Source of the DNA: Tubulanus polymorphus
Taxonomy: Eukaryota; Animalia; Nemertea
DNA length: 64,000 nt
Reading direction: 5' to 3'
Assembly: GCF_964204645.1 (NCBI RefSeq)
Contig: NC_134025.1
Span: 31,104,299 to 31,168,298, forward strand
The first letter of the stretch is position 1; each line of letters begins with the position of its first letter. The notes under the pieces are model-generated. The model searched no databases, was not told where the DNA came from, and was given only the letters and a program-made list of their open reading frames with translations. Below are positions 49,691 through 63,729 of the stretch, in pieces. The position numbers and the translations under genes were made by a program.

Positions 49691-51977
49691 TTGTACTCGT
49701 ACCTTTATAAACTTTCTATTCACAATTTCTGATAAATTCAATGAATTTTATCATCAGTTTCTGTTGATCCAGATTAATGAGGGGTTTACTGTTGTAGCAT
49801 TAGTAGAAATTTCAATGAAATAAATGAATTCTATTCAAGTCAATCTCGTTTAAGTCGCCATCAGGTAAGTCGTCACATTACTGATGACTTAAGCAAGTGT
49901 CAGTGTACTTCACATAGCCTCAGAGAAGTTGAGTGATCCAGAGCTCGAATCCTGTTGAGACTGCTGAGTTTCAGTGACTGGCTAACAGTGGGTTCAGAGA
50001 TGAATGCAGTTTGTTTGTATGATATTAAGATGATTTTATAAACTGTATAATTTCAGGTGAATTACAAATACAATTGAGTAAACATTTACTGAAAACCATC
50101 TCAACAGATATCACTAATCTTATATTTGGTGCTGTAGCTACGGATAAAATGATGTCTTTAGGAGATGACGCTGAAATGACAACCGAGGTAACACTAAAAT
50201 CCGGCTCAGGATCCAGTTCCGCAGTTTGATTTTATAGAGTTTTTTAGAATCGGTTTATTTCCAAGCTTTCATCTCGAAAGTCAAATTTTGACCGACAGTG
50301 TTGTGGAACTAGGTTCTGTTATTCTGTAAATAGAAATGGTAACTTTAATTCTGTTTATAGCTTTTGCCTCTGAAGAAAATGAAACAATTATTGATATTTT
50401 AATGAATTTATTGTAACAATGACTATTATATATTTTACAGGCTAGAGTTCGTCTGCTGAGTAAATTACCAGACGATGTCAAAGTATCATTAACTAAACTT
50501 CATACATCTTTGAATAAAGAGGTAAATACTGCAACAGAATCCAGATTCAACATTCCTGGATCCAGTTCCTCGGCCCTGGATCCAGATTCCACATTCTTGA
50601 TCCAGTTCCAGGGCCCTGGATCCAGATTCAACATTCCTGGATCCAGTTCCATGGCCCTGGATCCAGATTCCACATTCCTGGATCCAGTTCCAGGGCCCTG
50701 GATCCAGATTCCACATTCCTGGATCCAGTTCCAGGGCCCTGGATCCAGATTCAACATTCCTGGATCCAGGTCCAGGGCCCTGGATCCAGTTCCAGGGCCC
50801 TGGATCCAGATTCCACATTCCTGGATCCAGTTCCAGGGCCCTGGACCCAGTTCCACAGTTTATCTGTATAAACTGTTTCTATCTATTTGTCTGATTGTGT
50901 TGTTTTTTCTGCAGAGTTTAGACGAGTTTCATGTGGCTCTGGATTTAATCTGTGACCCGAGTTGTCTGGGAATCATGCTGAAAAAACCTGACAAGAAAAA
51001 AGAAAGGTATTAAGCAATATCCTAGATTTTCCTTGTGGGCAACTAAAGTATGTTTGGGAGGGGGAAAGGAGAGAGGGGAGGAGAGAGGAGCGGAGAGGGG
51101 AGGAGAGAGGAGCGGAGAAGAGAGAGAGAGAGGGGAGGGGAGGGGAGAGAGGAGAAAAGTTAAGAGAGAGGAGAGGGGAGAGGAGAACAGGGAAGAGAGA
51201 GAGGAGAGTCAATAATTGTGCAGTCCTCTTTGTATGGATGTACTTTTAACCTTGTTAGTAATTATATCGATTTATTTCATTTACAGACAACTGATTTTTA
51301 GTCATCGTCAAGTTTTATTGGATCAGTTAAAGTTAGAACAGGATTCAGCGATGTTGTTACATCTCGTGGCTGTTGTATTATTTCAAACGTTTAGCGGCTG
51401 TATGGTGCACGCTCCCGGACGCTGTGTTCCGCATATACTCACATTCCTCGCTGATCACATGTTACAAGAGCAACATCAATTACTCACTGAATATCAAGGT
51501 TTGTTCGATTTCATTCTCATTCTGTTTGATCTAGTTCCGTAGTTCTCTGCAGTTGGAAAGTGAAGTTTTCACTCTAGGTTCCTCCTACGTCTTTGAAGTC
51601 AAACTGAACCTACAACTGTCCAGTTTATGTTGAATTGCGTGTTCTCTGTGAAACTAGTCCCAGTTTTCTGATAACATTTGACTCATATTGATTGGTCTCT
51701 ACTTATTCCAGCATTCTCTTCTGGTGCATTCGTTTCAACCAGATTAAGCTCTACCTATGAATCGGCTTCACATATTGAATTCATTGTGTGAATGCGTCTT
51801 GTTTTTACAGATCTGGTAATAAAACAGTTGAAACAGAAATCAGAAAATAACGACGGGAAATTAGTGGAAATAGAAAATAAACTCGAAGAGTTAAAACCGC
51901 AAGTTAAAGAGTTGGCAATTATTGTGAAAAAGAGTGTAAATAATAATAGTAATAATGGTTTACAGGATGATTCATAG
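43195..51977 (+). CDS. UFL1: E3 UFM1-protein ligase 1; 17 exons (43195-43274, 43778-43923, 44009-44132, 44562-44679, 44761-44891, 44980-45038, 45236-45373, 45765-45940, 46753-46923, 47364-47475, 47749-48004, 48413-48579, 50057-50187, 50441-50521, 50915-51006, 51287-51498, 51811-51977)
   Basis: [78 protein letters not shown] matches recalled UFL1; phases consistent; AATAAA ~52414. Confidence 0.96.
46281..46638. mobile_element. PIF/Harbinger-type MITE with TTA target duplication, UFL1 intron
   Basis: ~45-bp TIRs agcctagcgcacatcgacactg.gattggagacaactagttgc and its reverse complement; tta on both sides. Confidence 0.88.
47010..47312. repeat. 20-bp minisatellite (agaactgtggaattgggttc), ~15 copies, reverse orientation of the 14999-15435 unit
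   Basis: Preceded by a single left TIR tggatccagttccacagtt at ~46989. Confidence 0.92.
47480..47692. repeat. ~24-bp degenerate tandem repeat (aaatctcaaaaatcaactcctcag), UFL1 intron
   Basis: Seen directly. Confidence 0.85.
48022..48225. repeat. ~21-bp C-rich tandem repeat (acagagacccc...), UFL1 intron
   Basis: Seen directly. Confidence 0.85.
49586..49693. repeat. (CTG)n trinucleotide repeat, ~35 units, UFL1 intron
   Basis: Seen directly; source of the polyQ and polyC ORFs. Confidence 0.97.
50538..50860. repeat. Alternating ctggatccagttccagggcc / ctggatccagattccacattc minisatellite, MITE-TIR-like
   Basis: Ends in the intact TIR ctggacccagttccacagtt. Confidence 0.9.
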
Positions 51978-52720
51978 AAGTCACTAACTAGTCAGTCAGT
52001 CCAGTTATACCTGCTTAAATCTAGTATACTTTAAATCAAAATATGTTGTAATCTGATGATGAATTGTTTGGGTCTTGGTTCAGGTTTAAGCAGGTTTGAT
52101 CGTTGAATTGAGGGGTTGGTTCCATGAGACCAGACTTATTGACAATGCAAATTATGACTGGTCTTAGTCTGTTTTAGTACGGTCAACTCTTGTTATCCAC
52201 TTTGAAATTCATTGTCTAACTTGATATTCAGTTCTACTCAATGATCCATCAGACTAAGGTACACCGGTAATGAGGAGTTGACTGTAGTAAGATCCCCTGC
52301 TGTATGAGCCAGTGTTTGTAAGTCACACAAGTTTATTGTCTCTTATGGTTTGAGTTATTATCAATATTTTATGTTTAAGAGGGATTTATTGATTATTATT
52401 TATGTGTGAATGAAATAAAGCTATATTTTAAATTCACAACACAATTCTGCCTCCAGAAGTTGTTTTTGTATTGACGAATACCATCTTCTCATACAGATAC
52501 TGTAGTCAACATAACAGACAGATTATCAGCAGAGACAGATGCTGAATCCAGGCGTAGGGACGCAGTAGGAGCAGTCATTTCCATTACCCAAGACCAAGTC
52601 ATGTAAGAGCACCTGCATCTCTACAATCTAACAACTCAACACTCACAATTCAGTGAATTAAATGCATATTTATTTGTTTATAAAATTAATTTGATTTTCA
52701 TTTTGATTTCATTCATTCAT

Positions 52721-55700
52721 TCATCGAATGTCCATAAATTGAACGTCCATAACGAGTAGAATATTACGCGGTAATGGTCTCTGTGACGGGGAGAGAATAC
52801 TCAACGTTTGACGATCTAAATTCACTCCATTCCTAAAACGCATCAGAGATTTAGATGATTAGTTTATCAGACGGATGATGAAGCCTTGTTTACTGTGTGT
52901 AGTAATACTTACACTACGATGAATCCAGCTACATTAGTTTGTACGATGTCCTCGTCAGTAGATACAGCCATACTAACACTGAGTACGTGATGTAATAAAC
53001 CTGGACCTGTAATAACAAAACAACATCAATTAGGCCAAAAAAAATTGATACCTTGTTTCTCCGCTCTGCTGAGCTTAAATGTTGACCCGGCCGGCCGCCT
53101 ATCTACCCTATACATTACTTTTTTTAAAAATCGTGATCAATTTTACCATAACAGACCCAGCCGCTATAGAAATGAACTGTTTATAAATTTTATCATACTT
53201 TACAAAAATCACCCGGCCGCTGCGGAGAAACAAGGTATCATTTTTGTTTAGCCTTATATCTCTACTTATAGAATCCTACTTAGTTCTAGATTTCACTATA
53301 GACCCAGTTCTAAGTAAGGATTTCACTTGAGTTAGTTACCTAATCGTCGGCGGTAAGCTTTTAACTCAGATAGGCTTATACCAGTGGTTTGACAGGTTTA
53401 GGTTATTGACCACAGACAGGTTTAGGATACTGACAAGTTTCACTATATACAGCGCCGGTAAACTTATTCTTACTCAAACATAAACAACCGTAGACCTGAA
53501 TGTAGAAATCTACTGGTAATCTTAACCTAGCTAGAACACATTTCAAATTTCTGAGTTAAAACATTGAAAATCATCTTAACTGAAAGTTGAACCTGAGTAA
53601 CTGGGTCCAGAACGGAGAGCTGATATCTGAACGGATTTTACCTGGTGAAACTGGAACTAGTTTAGTTTTATTATCTTGTGGTTTCATTCCGAGCGGTAAA
53701 CATGAATCTGGTAAATCAGGAGCTACAAATATAAACAGCATTCATCAGTACATCATCACAGATCAATCTAAGACTATAAAATGACCACGTCTTTTTTACC
53801 TCCGATTTTGAATATTTTGACTTCGCTGAATTTCACTTCAAACGCGTGCGGGAAAAGATTGTTTTTGATGCCGTAGAAATTCTGTCTAACTCGAGCGTCT
53901 CGACTATCAGCTCGAGCCTGTTGAGTCCTCTCAACAACCTGTGAAATAAATAACATCATCATCTCGCTGAATTACCAGTAAACTCCTTACTCGCCATGGA
54001 ACTGATTCAAATTCAAATTCATGAGATAACAAACTATTGGTTTCCACGGACACGTGATTGTCTTATAGTATACTGTTTGAAGTAAAGACCCGCGATATAC
54101 GGGTGAAGATAAAACTAAATGAGCATTTGATGTTTCGATCCAAAATTCTAAGGCCATTTTCAAAAATTGGATCAAGCTTGATTTTGCAAATAGCTCATTC
54201 ATAGATTTGGGTCTAAATGTTAAAATGCTCAGTTAGATATTTTTTTCTTAATCCGTATTGTGCAGGTCTATACAGTAGACTAGATCCTTGATAAACCTAC
54301 CCCTCCAGATTTAGGAAGAAGAACGACTTTAACGAAATCAGGCATATCTCGTTTCAATTCATTATAAATTCTTTCTTGATCCAAAACGACGATAACATCA
54401 ACTAAAAACAAACAAACAACGGATTAATAAACGCCGGAGAGATACACGAGTGAAACGAGAGGGACAGGGAGTGAGGGAAAGGAAGAGAGGAAGAGGGGAG
54501 TGAGGGAAGGGGAGGGGAGGGAACTAACCTTCAAATGCTCCAGCTGCATGAATTAAACACTGATATCCACCTCCTCGAACCCATCCACATGTGTTTATTA
54601 TTATTCCACTAGCATTAGCTATAAATACACAGCATTATCAATTATTCATCAAACATGGTTGAAACAGGAAGTCACTGTGGGCAGGTTTACTTGAATTCAT
54701 TATGAGCTTTCACTACTTCATCGGGTCAACAACTATTCAGAATCGAATCAATTAACTAAACTGTAATAACTGATGATTAATTAATTGATTACCTTTTTTG
54801 CTCACTTCACATCGTTCGTTACAGATTAACGCTAATCTCGAGACTAATCGATTATACAGTGAGATGTTACTACTGGGAGACGCGTGTCCAAAATGATAAA
54901 CTAGTGGCGCCGTCTGCGCGAAATTACCCTCTTCAACATCAGCGGGTCTTTCAACTATCAGAGCTCCTACAATAGATATTACAATGTACATATCTCTCAA
55001 CTATCAGAGCTCCTACAATAGATATTACAATGTACATGTGTATTACTAAAACATGTAACAATATGACAATATTTACCAATAGTGCCCGGTATTCCGACGT
55101 TTCCTTGTCCAACATCTAAATCTACAAAAATCGGGATCCGTCCAAGACGCACAGCATAGTTCAATAATATCTTACACAATGTGCTCTTCCCTACGTCAGT
55201 CGGCCCGACAACCATCACCTATAAAACAAATCAACATAGAAGACGCTTTTAAACTTATCCAAAGATCGCTTACCCCATTTTAGTTCTATAACCAATCTAA
55301 CAAATTAAGACCAGTCTAAGCTCATCTTAGTTCTATAACCAATCTAACAACTTAAGACCAGTCTAAGCTCATCTTAGTTCTATAACCATCTAACAACTTC
55401 AGACCAGTCTAAACTCATTTTGGTTCTATAACCAATCTAACAACTTAAGACCAGTCTAAGCTCATCTTAGTTCTATAACCAATCTAACAGATCAGTCTAA
55501 ACCAGTCTAAGATCACTTAAGTTCTATAACTTATTTATCCAACTTAAGAACAATCTGAGCCCATTTTCGTTCTATAGCCACAAACAAGGCCCTTGGGCGT
55601 TAATCTGGGCCTTTGACACAAACAAGGCCCAGATTTGATACAAGCATTACATACCCTTGGACCGCGTCCACTTTCATCAGCTTTCTGTCTCATCTGCTCC

Positions 55701-56866
55701 AGAGCTGCGTGTGTATTCACGTATAAACCCATCGGAGTTTCTTTAGCTATATACGCTACCTCAGTTTTACCGGTCAAGTTTATAAATACGTCAAGGATTG
55801 GTAGAACGATGACCACCACTCAAACGTGGTGAACGGATAATAAGATAAAATCCCACTATTTACAGATTAAAAGAATTTAAAAACCAGAATTCATCTATTA
55901 AATCTAAAATATTTAAAAGACAAGACGTTTCGATCTCACCCTTTGACACCTGACGATGATCTCTAGGGTGAGATCGAAACGTCGTGTCTTTTAAATATTT
56001 TAGATTTAACAAATAAATTCTGGTTTTTAAATTCTTTTAATCTGTAAATAGTGGGATTTTATCTTATTACGTCAAGGATTGTTTATAATTGAGAGTTACA
56101 TTCAACGACGGAGATAAACATCGAAATGATGCGACACAAATGACAGTAGAACTGTTTTGATGAGTAAAAGGATATAGTAATTAGACATCCGTGCCAGGTA
56201 AACACAGCTACTTTAGCACTGGACGAAAATACATACTTCTTACCAATAGCGAGTTCTGAACCAAATATTTCAGCTTTACCTTCGACCAACTAAACAACAA
56301 TGTTCAGTAAAATATCAACATCATTTCATTGATTTTTAGAATCAGCGGTAATTAGTTACTGACTGATTTACCTCTATTGTTACTTGAGCTCCCGATTCAA
56401 CTTCAAATCTTAATTCTGTATCTGCTTCCAATTTATATTCATTCTTTGTCACCTTTACAAATAAATCAATAAAGAATTATTATGTCAGTTTTCAGGAGCA
56501 GCAGTTCTTCATGGGTAGGTGCTGGTAGGGCCCATAGGTCACATTTGATAATGAACCGTGACAAGTCCCAGTGGGTAGGCTGGTCAGGAGATGAATGAGG
56601 GATGGGTTTCTTTTAGTCGATTGTTACCAAAAAGGGGAACCCCGTAGGTACACAACTACGTCAACATGGTCTGGTTGTTGGTATTCGTCCGAAACATTTC
56701 AATAAGTACACATCAGAGACAGAGATTAAACTAAAGATAAGGACTAACATATATTCATAAGAAACCTATTCATTTTTGTACTTTGTTGTAGTATCAGATC
56801 AGGATGCAATGGAATCATTGAAATCAAATTTATACCTACATCTAAATCATTTCCTTCCGAAGCCAT
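52721..56866 (-). CDS. CLP1: Polyribonucleotide 5'-hydroxyl kinase Clp1; 12 exons (56866-56840, 56452-56372, 56289-56176, 55777-55655, 55218-55077, 54966-54793, 54618-54529, 54401-54301, 53938-53800, 53722-53642, 53006-52913, 52832-52721)
   Basis: [25 protein letters not shown]-loop [44 protein letters not shown]-terminal QFMDIR*; third intron is AT-AC. Confidence 0.96.
53032..53254. mobile_element. MITE with ~33-bp TIRs in a CLP1 intron
   Basis: aggccaaaaaaaattgataccttgtttctccgc ... gcggagaaacaaggtatcatttttgtttagcct. Confidence 0.8.
55275..55548. repeat. 47-bp tandem repeat (~5.5 copies) matching the interior of the 10405-type MITE
   Basis: catcttagttctataaccaatctaacaacttaagacc is shared with 10454-10490 and 11766-11800. 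Confidence 0.85.
55778..56175 (-). other. U12-type (minor spliceosome) AT-AC intron in CLP1
   Basis: 5' end ATATCCTTT, branch TCCTTGAC, 3' end ..TTATAAAC; removal joins WHGCLIT|LTGKTEVAY in frame, matching recalled CLP1 spacing. Confidence 0.9.
55801..56067. mobile_element. Penelope-derived inverted-repeat insertion containing a minimal hammerhead (55945-55988, + strand)
   Basis: ~103-bp inverted arms (55839-55942 vs 55965-56068); gacac-CTGACGA-t-gatctc..gagatc-GAAAC-GTC-gtgtc; 14-bp TSD tacgtcaaggattg at 55787-55800 and 56068-56081. Confidence 0.88.
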
Positions 56867-56904
56867 AATTCCTTCTTAAATTGATGTAAAATTTGCCAAA
56901 AATG

Positions 56905-57352
56905 ACCGCTTTGATTAAAAACCATATGCAGTGTGTTTGAATTCGCTCAATGACCTTCAGACTGACACCGGGTAGCGTCTCTGTACAACCGTACACTCTG
57001 GCATGCGAGTAACAAATTAGTTCACACATTTACCGTCTCATTTAGGGGCAGCACCTTACGGTACAGATCTGACGCGCTCGATTTTCTTACTGTGGCATGC
57101 TAAAGAATTATGAATATGATACAATGATGTAGATGTTATTGAGGCTAAATGACCACCTTGATTAAAAACTATATGCAGCGTGTATTAATTCGCTCAACGA
57201 CCTCTCTGGCATGCGAGTAACAAATTAGTTCACACATTTACCGTCTCATTTAGGGGCAGCACCTTACGGTACAGATCTGACGCGCTCGATTTTCCTACTG
57301 TGGCATGCTAAAGAATTATGAATGAATACAATGTATATGTTATTGAGGCTTT
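56905..57352. repeat. Tandem duplication (~250 + ~200 bp) immediately upstream of the CLP1 ATG
   Basis: ttgattaaaa..atatgcag..ctctggcatgcgagtaacaaattagttcacac..ctaaagaattatgaat..atgttattgaggct occurs twice. Confidence 0.88.
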
Positions 57353-60300
57353 CTGCTGCCCAGAAAGGAAAACTATTATTTCATCAACTTATCCATCGCT
57401 ATAGACCTTTCGTTCGGAGTCAATTTCCCCAGACTCTGCCCGAGTGCGGACCCCATGGCCGGAGATTCTAGACTCCGTACCCAAAAGATGTCCTACTGTA
57501 CAGCAGCACATCTGGCGGATCCTCACTAGCCATAGGCAGAGCCCTAGCAGACACTGAATAATCATTAAAACAAGAATTAAGTATTTTTGAGAGATCCCTT
57601 TATTGTATCATAATATAGCGTCGTAGATCACGTGAGATTTGACACACAAGATTCACTAATTATCATAAACAGCACAAAAATAGATTGACACAACATAAAT
57701 ACAAGATTCATATCCTCACATTCCAGGGAAGACATCTTACAACACCGCCCCTGGTACGCGAGGACTTCGTATCCCATCTCAACTTACAGAAATGCTGTTG
57801 ACACCTCTGACTATTCGCGAGTCTTTATCGAATTCGACCAATAATACGTATAACAATTGATCTAAAACAATTACTCCTAAATATTTACAAAGACAACAAT
57901 TTATTCCTAGATCTATTAATTCTACAGTATTATATACACGCGTATCCAGGAGACGACGTAACTCCTTGGATACAATGACTTGTAATCGTGTTGTTGATAC
58001 GTAAGCAAAAACTGGCGTCGATTTAACAAAATCTTGTCTCAGTAATAAATACTTTCTGTTGGTTTCATAGAAATAATTAAAATACTGAAATGAATACATG
58101 GCGTGTCCCGGGGTCGAATCCAATCATCCCTGACACCAGTGATTCCGACGCTGAATAGAGGATGGACCAGCCTTTGGAGCCAGGCAATGGTTACAAACAG
58201 TGATCGCTGATTTAAAGCGGATACTCATGATGCGTTAAGTCCAACATTAGAATATTGTTGAACTATCGAATTTACAATTTTGATGTATTTCAGTCACAAA
58301 AAGGTGTCTTGGGGTTCGAACCCGGTATTGATATAGCGACAAATATATGTTTTATCAAAAATACTCGTGGCCCCAGTTACGTCAAAGATTCGAGTTGGGG
58401 TTATAGGTGATAAACTTTTAAACATTTTATTTTCGTTTGAATGCGATTGATTATTCACTGATTGTTAATACTGAGAAATAAAGAGATGAGCAAATAGCGA
58501 GAAAATAAACAACAGCAGTTTATATCACTTGAAATAAAACTGTAATGTAAGATTATCACGAATAAAGAACAAATACTGATAGGATCATCAGAATAATCTC
58601 AGCATCCAGTTCCACAGAGTTTAGAGAGTTTTACTCATTGGAAATGATATGATTCTTACTCAGAGTCGCCTCAACTCGCAACTGTGGAACTGGATCCGGG
58701 ACTTTAAGAGTTTAAAATGGGAGCAGATGATTGAAGCGGTTTTATAATGATTTCATATAAAATATGACTTTTTTCTGGTTTCTTTTAATTACAAACGACA
58801 ATGATCTGTTTAAGGCCCATGGGCGCTCACAGTATGCTCCAGCAGCCCATGGACACTTTTCAGATTCCAGCGCCTCTCAACAAAAAAATAAACACACACG
58901 TACGTCATCACGTAGTTATATCATATCTATAAATATGAAAATATAAGTTCTACAATATCTGGAAAAACACGAAATGATTGAATGTTTTCTAAGTACATTC
59001 GTTATTCTAAATGATTCTAGTATATACAAATAACACTTCACTTTATAATGATTCTACTCCTCCTTAACCGAAGAGTTCTACGCCCTTGACCCCTTAACTG
59101 GGGTTTCTTCACCCGCTAACCGGAGCGATCAACACTCCTTTGAGTTAAAATCGGTTCATTGTTAATGTTTTAACTCAAGAATCAAATAAAACTCAGAAAT
59201 GTAGAATCTTAACCCACAACTGTGGAACTGAGTCCGGTGCGACAGTAACGGAAAGAGTTTGAGTTAACTCTCTTAGCAGGGAGGTTCCCTGCTCGTAGTA
59301 ACAGTAATAGTTTGAGTTAACTCATAGTTTATTTTCAAGGTTTTAACTCACAACCGCGGAACTCAATCCTGGTCATTTGTTTAAGTGTTATTTCAGAAAT
59401 CGTTTCTTATCTTCTACTGGTTGATATCAACTGATTTATCGATATATTGTCATAGGTCTGATATGATACAGATAACTTTTAACCGCCCTCCCATTCTCCC
59501 ATTACGCCCACCCCACTCCCCTCCCCATTCCCCATTCCCCATATATACCTGCCGTCAAGAAGTCATGTTTTCTGTTATCACTCTCTGTACTGGTCAGTGT
59601 GAATAATTTCATATATACCTCCCCCTCCCTCTTCACATAGCGCGGTAATTAACAATTACAAAATCACCGCGCACCTGTTTCTATCACTTGTTTATTTACA
59701 TAAATAACAATATCGTAAATCGTCGCTGATTTCGGGAACAATTCATCCAAGAACTGTTCACATGTGAATTATAATAATCATTATAATGTTTAAATATATA
59801 TGAAAATAGATTATCATGTGACCAGATATGGGCGTTTATTCTATAGTTAAGTACGGAATTAGAAATGGTTGAAATGCAGTTTTAAGGCTTTATTTTGTAA
59901 CTGTGTGACTGAGAATCCTGGGCATCAATTCGACATAACATCGATCAGAAAATATAGGACCTAATCGGCCGAGCCAGTTGAGTTCACACTGGTTCTATAG
60001 TGAATCTAATAACTTTTGGTTCTATGACAAGTCTAGTAACTTTAAGACCAGTCTTAAGATAATTTTGGTTCTATATAAATAACCTGAAACCTGGGGTTAG
60101 AAACTGTTCTAGGGTCAAAATACTTTTATGATTTAACTTCCGAAATAATTCTTAAATCAAAATCAAGTTTCTGTAATTAGAATTTCCGTCAGTTTAATGA
60201 ATCAGTTTCTGGAATTTTGAGACAGTTTAAATTGAAAGACATGATATTGACTTATATACTACAAATATAAAATATTTTGGTTGCTTTTTTATCTATGAGC

Positions 60301-61394
60301 TGGTATTGAAGACGGGGGCTGGCTCCGGGGCTGGGGGTGTGGGGCACTCAGTACTAAACAATGATAGCTACCACGGGAAGAGAAATATATAAAGTATTAT
60401 GAAGATTGAGCAATAGTAGAGAGAGAGAATATATATATGGTATCCAAACTGTGTCAGGGTAATAAGCGATACATTCACAAACTAAATCATCACAAAGTCT
60501 TTATTACAAATCCGTGACCTGGGCCCAATCTCATATATGTGAGGGCGAAATTATCTGTGCATGGAAACATTGTGAAATTTGTCAGTTATTATCGCGTGGT
60601 GATTGTCAACCAGGGAGAACTTCGGTTTTCGTGGGTTAATCTCGACTTTGGTCAGAACTACGGAAGTTTGGTCGTAACGCAGTGTCCGCCATCTTGGAAC
60701 TAGGCCCGAACTAGCTACAGCGACCGTGCTCAAATACTGTGCTCGACTTTCTTCGGACCTTCCGACTAACTGAGATTCGGTTTCACTTAGTACGCAAATA
60801 GTCGACAAACTTTTATCTTGGAGTTATCATCGAATTACTCCAAACTCCGATAACCGAAGTTCGCTCTGGTTGGAGGATTTACTTTGATACCCACAGATCC
60901 TATGAAACCGAGCCCTGGTCATTTTGAAGAGTCTGTTCTTGTTCAAGACAAATCCCTTCGTTGTTTACGAGTCACTGTATACCACCAGCTTTATCGATAT
61001 CAACACGATGAAACTGAGACTCAGAAAATACCGATTCTAATCGTGCTAAAAATGATTTCGAAAAGTACTTAACATAAAATAGAACGAATAATTATACACA
61101 ACGATTTCTTGGGAAAATAGTTGACGTTTTTTAACTATTTCTTACCCGAAATATTCCGTTGATTTATTAACTACATAACTAATAACTAATATGAATGCTA
61201 TTAATATAATAAACATTTCCTAGAAATAAATTACTAACAAATTATTTAAACCACTGTATATATAATACATGATATATGAACATGTAAATGTTTGTCATGG
61301 TATCAGACATAATTCACCGGCTTCCACCAAACCTCCTCAATCTCTTCTTGTGTTAAAGACCCTGATTTTCCACAGTTTATTTTCAGTATTAGTT

Positions 61395-63260
<1,866 letters not shown>

Positions 63261-63729
63261 TTAAAAAACATATTCTTCATATGCACCCAGAAATCAATAT
63301 GTCAAATCCTGAAATATCATTTACTATTTATTAAATCATTGAATTGTAGCCACGCAATGACGTCATCGCTATTGTTCACGGTACGTCACAGGTCGACGTG
63401 CATGGCAGCCATTATGACGTTCTGTGACGTCATACCCTCTATATTCAAAACGCCTTTTCAAACATTAGAAATAACGGTTAAAAGCTTCAAAGGCGTAACG
63501 GACGGTTTGACTGAACGTTGAGTTTGAAACCTTACAGAATTAGTTAAACTTACACAGTTTAAAACTGACATGTTTTCATAATTTTTACTGGGAAAATATT
63601 ATCGGTTATATGAAAAATGGCTGCTACGTCTGCCTTATAGCATCGACCGTTGTGGAAGATAAACGAACAATTTAAAAAAGAGATAAAAAATAATTTTCTG
63701 ATAGTTGAATTCAGATAAATTGATTATAC

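Noticed and set aside
49514-49823. PolyQ and polyC ORFs
   Set aside because: Intronic (CTG)n microsatellite
57779-58123. 114-aa minus-strand ORF
   Set aside because: No recognisable motif or splice support, starts within a repeat element, and lies in the probable PDE3 3' UTR
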